This document shows positions 14,578 through 26,500 of a stretch of 64,000 nucleotides of DNA, piece by piece (positions within the stretch are counted from its first letter, which is position 1; each line of letters opens with the position of its first letter). The translations under genes and the position numbers were made by a program. The notes under the pieces are model-generated. The model saw nothing but the letters and a program-made list of their open reading frames with translations, was not told the DNA's origin and searched no databases. The stretch comes from Podarcis vaucheri (Eukaryota), in the NCBI GenBank assembly GCA_965113315.1, contig OZ220363.1; one strand, 5' to 3'.

Positions 14578-17500
14578 TTATTTATACCCTGTCCATCTGG
14601 CTAGGTTCCCCAGCCGCTCTGGGTGGCTCCCAACAGAATATTAAAAACATGATAAAACATCAAATATTAAAAAACCTCCCTAAAAGGGCTGCCTACAGAT
14701 GTCTTCTAAAAGTCAGATAGTTGTTTATTTCCTTGACATCTGAAGGGAGGGCGTTCCACAGGGCAGGCGCCGCTACCAAGAATGGCCTCTGCCTGGTTCC
14801 CTGTAACCTCACTTCTTGCAGTGAGGGAACCGCCAGAAGGCCCTCGGCACTGGACCTCAGTGTCCAGGCTGAATGATGGGGGTGGAGATGCTCCTTCAGG
14901 TATACTGTTTTTAGCTGCTTTTGTGATGTGATTGTAAATTGATATGTGACACATGTAAAAGATGATACATCAATTAATACATCATCACTAATTCATTAGC
15001 ACTATGGTTTGTGTTAAGGGGGCAATGGAAACATTAAAACATATTCAAATTAATAATATTTTGCTTTAATATTGTTACAGATCCTCCTTCACCACCTCGA
15101 TGGCTTGAGGTCATTAATATCACTAAAAACACTGCAGACCTTAAATGGACAGTACCAGAACGCGACGGAGGTTCTCCTATTACAAATTACATCGTTGAAA
15201 AGAGAGACGTACGACGGAAAGGCTGGCAGACGGTTGATACTACGGTTAAGGACACCAAATATACAGTGACACCACTAACAGAAGGCTCTCTGTATGTGTT
15301 CCGTGTGGCTGCAGAAAATGCAGTGGGGCAGAGTGACTACTGTGAAATTGAGGACTCTGTTCTTGCAAAGGACACCTTCAGTAAGTTTTCAAGTGCACAC
15401 ACTCAGAATTCAGCTTCAACAAACTATGTCATCGTTTTTAAATTTCTGTTTTCCTAATTATCAATATTATTTAATTTAGCTACCCCTGGAGCACCATATG
15501 CACTTACACCAGTCGAAGTGACAAAGAGACATGTCGACCTAAAATGGGAACCGCCTAAGAATGATGGTGGCAGACCAATTCTACGGTAAAAGAGAATTGT
15601 TTTTATATTTATTTTTTTTGTAAACCACTTAGAGGTTCTGTTTACAATCAAGCAGCATATACATTTTTAGTTAGATAGAAAGAAAGATAGAAAGATAGAT
15701 AGATACAGACAGAATATATTGGGAAAGAGTATAAAATCTGGGGCAGGGAGAGATGATTAATAGAGAAAATTTATTTTTAAAGGTTCCAAAGTTTATTGTG
15801 TTCATTATACACATTTATTATCTATTAGATGAGCAATGTTTCAAATCTAAATGAACGATTCGTTCTTGATTAAATATTTCTACTTGGCCTGATCTTTTAT
15901 TCCCCTTCCTTCCCTCTCCCTCCCCGTTTTATGAAGATTACCCGCTCTGGATCCTGCAGCTAATTCTCCCCTGGTCTCCACACTGGCCCAAATAATTTAG
16001 CCAGCTAGCCCTGATGATCATCTAATGTTTATTGGATGGATTTCCCCCCTAAATTGATTTTTGAATTCTGAATTTATTGATATTCACGTTTTATACTGTA
16101 TTTTATGCTGTTTTTTGTTGCATCAATGAAGTGTTTTAGATTTGTTGTTAGCCACCCTGAGCCCAGTTTTCTGAACTGGGAAGGGCGGGGTATAAATAAA
16201 AAAATATTATTGTTGTTGTTGTTGTTGTTGTTTGAATTGTACAGATTCATGCACCTTATAAACATCTGTTCTTCACACAGATATGTTATTGAAAAGAAAG
16301 AGAAGCTTGGCACGCGCTGGGTGAAAGCTGGCAGAACATCAGGCCCTGACTGCAATTTCAGAGTGACGGATGTGATAGAAGGTACAGAGGTGCAGTTCCA
16401 GGTTCGTGCTGAAAATGAAGCCGGCTGTGGTCACCCTAGCGAACCAACTGACATCTTGGCAATTGAAGATCCAACAAGTGAGTTACGAACATTGGAAATT
16501 ATAATCAATGAAATATGTGTTGTGCCAAATAGAACAGCAGAAAATAACATTACTTATGTATTCCTGCAGGCCCTCCTTCACCTCCTCTGGACTTACACGT
16601 GACAGACGCAGGAAGAAAACACATTTCGATTGCGTGGAAACCCCCAGAGAAAAATGGCGGCAGTCCTATAATCGGATACAATATAGAACTCTGTGAAGCA
16701 GGAACTGAAAAATGGATGAGAATAAATTCTCGACCAGTCAAAGATTTGAAATACAAAGCAGAAGAAGGCGTTGTCCCTGACAAGGAATATATTCTCAGGG
16801 TCAGAGCTGTCAACGCTATAGGGGCTAGTGAGCCATCAGACATATCAGAAAACGTTGTCGCCAAAGATCCAGATTGTAAGCATAGTTGTTTTCGAAACAG
16901 TCATGAAAGAAATTATAAATTGTGAAATTGCTTTGGTACACTAATTGAAATTATTTTTTCTGTGTTTGTTTGTTTTTTAAAAAAACAACAGGTAATCCAA
17001 CTGTTGATATAAAGACTACGGACCTCGTTGTGGTTGAAGGTGAAAAGTTAAGTATCCCTGTGCCCTTCAGAGCTGTTCCAACTCCAACTATTGCTTGGCA
17101 TAAGAGTGGGAAGGAATTGAAAGCCGGTGACCGAACAACAATGAAGAGCGACCACATCTCTGCCTTGCTGGAAGTAACAAATGCAGTCCATGCTGATGCT
17201 GGCGTTTACACTATTACCTTGGAGAATAAATTGGGTTCAACAACTGGTACAATCAATGTCAAAGTAATAGGTAATTTATTTTTCTTATACCGGCAATTAT
17301 GTGAATTAGACTCATAATGGTGAATGGGTGACAAGATGCTCAGCTCTTAGTGTCAAGGACTGTGCTGAGGAGGGCTGCACTGAGGAGAAAGGTTGGGAGC
17401 CTCCCCCTCCGCTTCCCCATCCCCCTCCTCTGCATCCGGATCCTGAATCTTCCTAGGAGCAGGAGGAAAGTATAGATTTGGAACAGTGGTTTGCAGAGGG

Positions 17501-20500
17501 GCACAGTTCAGAAGGCAGAAGCTGGGAAATACTGGATAGGGAACAGCTAGGAGAAGAAACACTGGAAGAGAGAGAGTTAACAGATTCACAGTCGTTGGAC
17601 AGCATTCCCCCACTGCCCTCCCCAAGGTTGAGAAGAGCAGAAAGCTGTAGAACAGAAAGCACACAAAGCACAGAGAGTACAAACTCAGATTACAAGACGT
17701 AGAAGTGACATAGATTAATAGGGACATAAGGGGGTGGGATCCTTAATTGGGAGCACTGCCATTCCTAGGAGATGGGTTCTTTGTTCTATCACTGTGATTA
17801 TTAGTTTCTAACTGGTAAGACAGTTTTCCATTGTTTTGCTTATCTACTGCCAGGGGGAAGAAGCTGATTCCCTGACGCCTGCTTTATTGATACATGTTGA
17901 TACAATATTTTATTGATACATTATTGATACAATAAAGCCTGCTTTAGTGACACATATTGATACTTAGCTGCTTTATTGATACATGTAATGTGAGCCAACG
18001 CTGATATCTCCGTGTGTCTAAATAGGGAGATAGGTCAACCTGAGGAATTGTAAATTATATATATAAATGTTTATAATCCATATGATTAGTGCGCACGAGT
18101 ATATATATTCTTTTAATACAGTTTTCAAACCAATTTACTTTATTAAATGCTACATGTGTACCTATTGTTCTTCAATTAGGTGTGCCTGGACCATGCAATA
18201 GTATTAAGGCAAGTGAAGTAACTAAAAATTCATGTAAAGTGACCTGGGAACCTCCAGAATTTGATGGCAACACTCCAATTTTACATTATGTGCTGGAGCG
18301 AAGAGAAGCTGGTAGGAGAACATACATACCAGTGATGTCTGGTGAGAACAAATTGGCATGGAATGTGAAGGATCTCATACAAAATGGTGAATACTACTTC
18401 CGCGTTAAAGCTGTTAATAAAGTCGGAGGAGGTGAATACATTGAACTGAGGAATCCAGTGATTGCAGAAGATCCAAAGCGTAAGTTTTTTTTATGATCAT
18501 CAAGACTGAAAAAGGCAAATGGTTTCTCTGTGCCTTCTATTTATCCATTTTCTTTTTAATTTTCAATATGCAGAGCGTCCAGATCCACCTATTGACCTTG
18601 AGGTTCACAATCCAACATCGAAGTCAATAACACTCACGTGGAAACCACCATTGTATGATGGAGGAACCAAGATTATGGGCTACATTTTGGAAAAGTTAGT
18701 TAAAGGAGGAGAGAAGTGGGAAAGATGCAATGACTTTTTGGTTCCTCTTTTGACTTCTCCTGTGAAAGGTCTTGAGGAAGGCAAAGAATATCAGTTCCGT
18801 GTCCGTGCAGAGAATGCTGCCGGTGTCAGTGGACCTTCTAATGTCACTCCTCTGGTGAAAGCAGTGGATCCCGTTGGTATGTTTTGCAAACTACCTATTC
18901 ATTTTTAGCAAGTGTTCAAATTCTGCTGTATGCTACAGTATCAAATATGAACAAAACAATATTTTTATGGTTACAGAGGCTCCAAAAGTTTTCCTCGGTG
19001 CTAATCTGCAGGCTGGCCTTGAGGTGAAGCAAGGTTCTGAGATTGCACTTGAAGCACACATTTCAGGGTCACCTTACCCAACTATTGATTGGTTATGGAA
19101 TGATGAAGTTGTTAAGCCAACAGAAATTAAGAAGAGAGTTACCAAGGTTACTAGGAAGAAGAAAGGTGAAGTTGAAGAAGATGAGCCTTTCCACTTGTCC
19201 CTGCCCGAGCGTTTGAGCATTGACAACCACAGACAAGGAGATTCTGTACTGGTCGTTCGGGATTCAATCAGACCAGACCATGGCACATATACTATTCGAG
19301 TTGAAAACGATCACGGGGTTGCAAAAGCTTCATGTGAAGTCAATGTGTTAGGTATGCCCTTATACATAATGGTGTGTGATACATTTTCTTCAAAATGTTT
19401 GAAGTGATATGTGCAAAGTGGTCTCATTATTTTTGTTTTCAAAACAGATACACCTGGACCACCGGTCAACTTTGTTTTTGAGGAGGTTCGTAAAAATAGC
19501 ATCACTTGCAAGTGGGAGCCTCCTCTTGATGATGGCGGAAGTGAAATATTGAACTACGTCCTTGAAAAGAAAGACAACACAAAATCCGACATTGGCTGGG
19601 TTACCGTTACTTCAACACTTAGGCATTGCAAATATAATGTGCCCAAACTTATTGAAGGAAAGGAATACATATTCCGTGTGAAAGCTGAGAACAGAGTAGG
19701 AGCTGGACCTCCATGTCTTTCAAAACCTGTTGTAGCTCAAGATCCATTCAGTAAGTCTTGTACTCTATCTAAATATGTGCTTCATTCATTTTTCCCAAAA
19801 GGCACTGCCATCATCATCATCATTACCTTACACTCATATTGTACTTTAACATTAAAACTTTAATTCTATAATAACCCAGCAGAAAAAACCTTGCAGAAGG
19901 AAATGGCTAAATTACATTTGCTGATTGTTGCATCTGAGTGCAACATCCTAAAAAGAAAAAGAAAAGGCTAAGACAATCCATGCTAGTTGACTGTAAAACT
20001 TGCCATATCAGACTTTTCTATTCTGTTCTCTCCTTGTGTCTTAAAGTGTGTGAAGTGGGTGGTAATTACAAATAATAAATCCTTGAGATATATGGGTACA
20101 CTGAGCTGGTAATATCATCATTGACAAAAGCAAATGCTTAAATAATCCACCAGTAAAATAAATTGCAGATGAATTCGTACATAAAAAACGGAAAAAGAAC
20201 TGTGAAAAACACACATTTTCTTTAAGTCTTTCCATATACACAAAACCCACCCACACTCTCTACAAGTTTCAAGCATGCACATCTACACATTTAGGGTATA
20301 ACACAGAGATAATATTTACATATCATGAAGGCAGTTTCGTTTTATTGGGATGTGGCTTTCCAGGGACCAAGCTAAACTTTACTACTCACAAGGGGTTCTG
20401 AATTCACTTAAAGGCATGCTGGGAGAACCAAGCTAACTGACCCTGCCCCCATTTTTCATCCCAGTTTGCCCCCTTTGTGTAGTAAAGAAAAATACATGTA

Positions 20501-23500
20501 ACAGCTAATTTAGTAGCTCTCAGGCTGCAATCCTAGTCACATTTACCTGGGAGTAAGTACAGCTGAAATCATGGGACTTCATTTCAAGTAACTGTGAACA
20601 AGATCGGGCTGCATATTGCAACTGAAGCCTCCAAGTAAAGATATGGTGGAGGAGAAAATTAGAGGCATTAAACAAATTAAATTTCTGTATGATTTGGTAA
20701 GCTCCACTAACATTTGCATATCCTCTTTTTATAGGTCCTCCTGATGCACCTGATAAACCTCTAGTAGAGGATCCAACTAGCAGTAGTCTGTTGGTTAAGT
20801 GGAATGAGCCTAAAGACAATGGTAGCCCCATTTTGGGATACTGGATTGAAAAGCGTGAAATCAATGGAACCCACTGGGCCCGTGTGAACAAAGAGCGTGT
20901 GAATGCCCTGGAAACTAGAGTTGAAGGACTTTTAGAAGGTCTAACTTACGTTTTTAGAGTTTGTGCTGAAAATGCAGCTGGCCTTGGCAAATTCAGTCCC
21001 CCTTCAGATCCTAAAACTGCACAAGACCCAATATGTAAGTTGTTAGATAGAGAATATTATCCCTTAGTTTGAAAAGGGAAGTTTTCAGTTTATTAATCTC
21101 TCTTTATATGTATTTTTTTCTTTTAGTGCCTCCTGGCCCACCTGTTCCAAGAATTGTTGATACAAGCTCAACATCTATTGACGTTGAATGGGACGCTCCG
21201 CTATACAATGGGGGTAGTGAAATCACTGGCTACCATGTTTACAAGAATTTTGTCGGCTCAAATGAATGGTCTCGCTGCACAGAAAGACCTATTAAGGTTC
21301 GGAGCTATATAGTTAAAGGAATTAGAGAAGGTGCAGATTACAAACTTCGTATTACCGCCCTTAATGTTGCTGGGGAAGGACCTCCTGGAGAAACAGAGCC
21401 TGTAACAGTTGCAGAGCCTCAAGGTACTGTGATTGTGTAATTTAAAATGAAATCTAACGTGAAATAGTTTGTGGGATTGTAAATTAATTAATTCTCTCTC
21501 TTTTTCCTTATACAGAGCCTCCCACTGTTGAATTTGATATTTCTGTCAGGGCAGGAGTTCAGATATTGGCAGGTCAAGCTCTTAAACTCCCTGCTGTTGT
21601 TACTGGACGACCTACCCCTACAATTGTGTGGACTTTAGAGGATGCAGATGTTGACAAAGAGCGAGTTGTGATTGAAAATGTTGGCACTTCATCTGAGCTG
21701 TTTATCAAAAATGCACTCAGAAAAGACCACGGAAGATACGTGATTACTGCCACTAACGAAAGTGGTTCTAAATTTGCTGCAACCAGAGCAGAAATATTTG
21801 GTAAGAAATGCTACATAGAGTGAAACGATGAATATATTAAGTATTTGGCCTTCCTTAATTACATCTCATGTCTCCTTTTCCAGATGTTCCTGGACCGGTT
21901 ACTGACTTGCATCCTGTGGTGGTAAATAGAAAGATGTGTCTACTTAACTGGGATGATCCCAAAGATGACGGAGGAAGTGAGATCATAGGTTTCCTTGTAG
22001 AGAGGAAAGATGCCAAAATGCATACATGGAGACTAGCCGTAGATACAGACAGATCTAAGTGTGATATAACAGGTCTTGTTGAAGGACAAGAATATAAGTT
22101 CCGTGTCTTCGCCAAGAACAAGTTTGGCTGTGGACCACCTGTTGAACTGGGACCTCTCCTTGCTGTTGACCCCAAAGGTAAAACTTCTTGTATTGATAAA
22201 AAAGCATCAGAACACTTGGGAACAGAGGATCCCCCTCCCGTAATTTCAACTTTTTTAACACCATTCAAAATATATATTTATATCCTTTATAATCACAACA
22301 CTCCTTCGTGTGTGTGTGTGTGTGTGCGTGCGTGCGTGCGCATTCTTGCAGTTGAACCCAGAACCTGTCAGTTTCTTGAAAGAGAACTTTTCTAGAGTCA
22401 GGATAACTGAAAACCTAGTGCTGCCCATGTTCATTCCTGTGTGAAAATACTTTTTTTTAAAAAAAGAAAATAATCCTACAAGGGCAAAATGTTGCATGCA
22501 AAGATGCTCTGATGTAAAACTTTTCTGTAGCTGCTCTAGATTTACAAAATCCAATTTCTCCACACACCTCTTTCCCACTTCCAGCAATTCACTGGAGTCG
22601 CACCAATGAATTTTGGAGTTAGTATAACATTGCCCCGTTTAATTTAGTATTTAATGATAGTTTTAAACTGAGGATGGAGAGGTGGGTTTCAGTAAACATC
22701 TGCAGAGCTTCCCTCCTCTTTAAATAGCATGTTGCATGTCCCTAGCCTTGGAGGCAGGGGAATATAAACCGAAATAAATAAAATGATGTATTTTTACCTT
22801 GTTTGCTGGTGAAACTGCTGCACAGTAAACGTGACGTGAAAAAACAAGGGTTTATTTTTCAAATTTAACTTATCATTTTTCATTCTTGCCACAACAGGTC
22901 CTCCAACTGCTCCTGAGAGGTTCATGTACACAGAGAGAACAAAAAACTCTGTTACACTTGACTGGAAGCCTCCCCGTAATGATGGTGGAAGCCCCATCAT
23001 CGGCTACATTGTTGACAAAAGAAGACATGACTCAAATGAATTCGAAAGAGTCAATAAGAGACTCTGTCCAACTACATCCCTTCTTGTGGACAATCTTGCT
23101 GAGCTGCATATGTATGAGTTCCGAGTCAAGGCTGTCAACGAGATTGGAGAAAGTGAACCATCACTGCCCCTCAATGTAGTCGTACAGGATGATGAAGGTG
23201 AGGCTCTTTAATATAAATGTGTACACTTTACCTATAGATGTGAACATTTGGTGTCTGCTAGACGCCTCACTGTATTTTTGAGAATTACATGGTTAATCAC
23301 TTTTGCATTCATTTTCTTTTTTCAGAACCTCCCACAGTGACATTGCGCCTATCTGTTAGAGGAGATACTATCAAAGTTATGGCAGGGCAGCCAGTCAACA
23401 TTCCAGCAGACGTGACAGGTCTTCCAATGCCAAAGATTGAATGGTCTAAAGATGACGTTGTTATTGATAAAACATCAGATGCCCTTAAGATCACCAAAAA

Positions 23501-26500
23501 GGAAACAAGTAGAACAGAGGCGAAAACTGAACTCAGCATGCCTGCAGCTGTTAGGAATGATAAAGGCACTTACACGGTTTCAGCTTCTAATCGTCTTGGC
23601 ACCGCATACCGCAATGTTCACGTTGAAGTATTTGGTATGTATCTAGCTTCTTGCTTAAACGGCCAAAGTTTTCTTACTTTATTTCTACCTGTCAGGGGTA
23701 CAGGGACAGAGGCACAGGGAAGGCAGGAAATGGAGAGCGATGGAGAGGAATCCCAGGAGAGCGAGGAAGAGGATAGAAATGACGCAGGGGATTCCATGAG
23801 TCTCTCCAGCGAATCAGAGGATTCCCAGAAAGGGGCGCCTGTGGTAAGGGCAAGGGGAGCCCCAGGGGGAAAGTGTCAGGAGCGGGGGGCCAGCAGGGGA
23901 CCCCAAAGCGGCAGCTGGGAATCAGGGCCAGCCTCCCCACCAGAGCGCAGCGAGGGAGGGGGAGGTTCCAGTGTGTCAGAGGGAGCAGCTCCGGCGACAG
24001 AGAAAGGGGAGGGATCAGAGCAAGCCGTTCTCCCAGAAGGGGAGGAAGGCAGTGAGGAGAGTAGCATAACTGTCAAAAGGAAGGTCAGAAGTTGGGCGCG
24101 CGCGCCAAGTTCAAATGAGGAGGCGCGTGGGAGAACAGGGAGCCCGGAGGAGGAGGGGCCAGGACCCAAAGCCCGCAGGAGGGGGCAGGAGCAGTCTGGA
24201 GACTCCGCTTCAGGAGAAAGCAGGAGGGGAGGAACCCCGATGGGCAGAAAGACCCTGCGGAAAAGGAAAGAGAGAAAGAGGTGGAGCAGCGTTAGCTTAT
24301 TAAACAGGTGTAGGGGAGGGACCGATTCAGAGGGGACTTCTAATGTCTAGGAGAAAGAGACGCGGGGCTGCACGCCTCGGTTGTGGAACCAATAATGAAC
24401 TGCAATAAACATCCCTGTATATAAGAAGAGCTTGGCGTTGGTCTTTTGTGAGCTGAGACCTGAGGCAGCCCTGACACTACCATAACACAATACTAAATTG
24501 GTTTTATTTAGATCGTCCTTCTCCACCGAGAAATCTCACCGTATCAGATATTAAAGCTGAATCTTGCTGTTTGACTTGGGATGCCCCACTCGATAATGGT
24601 GGCAGTGAGATTACACACTACATTATTGAGAAGCGTGATGCGAGCAAAAAGAAGTCTGACTGGGAGGAAGTATCCAGCACTGTTGTGGATAGACGATTTG
24701 GGGTAATGCTTCAATCTTGATTTCATAGGCGAAAGGAATAGTCTTTAAATGAAAAATGACCATTTATAAAATTGTTGAGCTGAATGTTAACACTGTTCAT
24801 CTTCCAGATTTCCTATTTTTACGTCTGCCTTCCATTTAATGCCAAAATAGGTATTCCTATACTCTGTATTGAATGGTACTTCGCTCCCTTCAGAGTCGGG
24901 TTAGTAGCAGTTGGTGCAGATATGCCAATGATGTATAGAGTTGTTAAGCATCGGAGCAACAAGCAGGTGGTTTTTTCAAGAACTGTTTTAAGATGTCCAT
25001 ATGATGGCATCTAACTGCATGGAAAACATCCAAAATACACTAAAACTAGTTCTGAGAATTGGTTTTACACATATCATAGGATCAAACAGTTGGATGGGTC
25101 CTTTTTGAGTTTGAGGGGTCTGCCTAGTCAAATCCCTTGCTCAGTGCAGGAAAATGAGAACCTGGGCACTCCCAACAGATGACTGTTTAGATTCTGCTTA
25201 AGACCTCCAGTGAAGAAGAACCCAATGTTCATTGACTCCATTGTCAAGCTTTTAAGAAGAAGAAGAAGGTTTCTCCTAATGTTCAACTGAAACGTGCCCT
25301 CCTTTAGCTTATGAGATCTAGATGTTTATGCCCTCTGTATGACATCTCCTCAGGTATTTGTAATATGTTGACATGCCCCCCTTCAGACATCTCCCCACCA
25401 AGTTAAACAAACCCAATTACTTCATCCTTTCTTTTTAAGTCTTGTTTTCCATACCACTGACCTCCTTTGTGAGGTGACCTTTGGCTATTCTTTGTTTAAA
25501 GTCCTGGAAACAACACAGGGAATTGATATGAAACTGATTTTAAAAAATAATAATGTATCATGTTTCTTTTACTTTTCAGGTCTATAAACTGGCAACAAAT
25601 GGACAATATCAATTTAGAGTGAGGGCCGTTAACAGGTTTGGGACAAGTGACGAATGCCTTTCCGAAAAGGTAGTTATTAAGGATCCTTATGGTCTCCCTG
25701 GACCCCCTGGAAAACCAAAGGTTACAGAACACACCAGGTCATCAATGCTGGTAACATGGACACCTCCACTAGACAATGGTGGAACTCCAATTACTGGCTA
25801 TTGGCTGGAAAAGAAAGAAGAAGGAGGTGTCTACTGGTCGCGTGTCAACAGAGCTCCAGTGACAAAACCAGCAGTGAAAGGACTGGAATACAATGTGCTG
25901 CGTTTGATTGAAGGTGTGAAATACCAGTTCCGAGCTATGGCTGTGAATATTGCTGGAATTGGCCCTCCCAGTGAGCCATCAGATCTTTATGAAGCTGCAG
26001 ATCCAATCTGTAAGTAAAAAGACAAGGAAGCAATAAGTAACACAAAATGCCAACTTTGTAATTTTTGTTCAATTTGTCCTGAACCTGATTTGATAGAGGT
26101 TCTGTGATTTCAGTGCAAGAGCTCTGCATTTGAAGTCAAATATTTTTAATGAGTTAGCCTTCATTTTATAAGTGCCTATTATCATGATAAATAGCAAATG
26201 TTCCTAATTTTGTGCAATGAAATACTGTATAGTTGATAGACTTTCCATTCACTTCATTGAAGGGGTGTTGTGCAATGGAACAAGGGAGGCATAGTCCTCA
26301 TGGCAGTACATTTTGCATTTTCTCAATAGATCCTCCTGGAGCACCATCATGCCCAGATGTCAAAGACAGAACCAACTCAACTATATCTCTTGCATGGAAA
26401 CCTCCACAAAAAGATGGTGGCAGTCCTATTAAAGGATATATCGTCGAAATGCAAGAAGAAGGTAGTTTAGATTGGAAGAGTGTGAACGAACCGGACAAGC

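Noticed and set aside
17879-17985. Short repeats that might suggest a CRISPR array
   Set aside because: Vertebrate intron, irregular units, no unique spacers and no cas genes.
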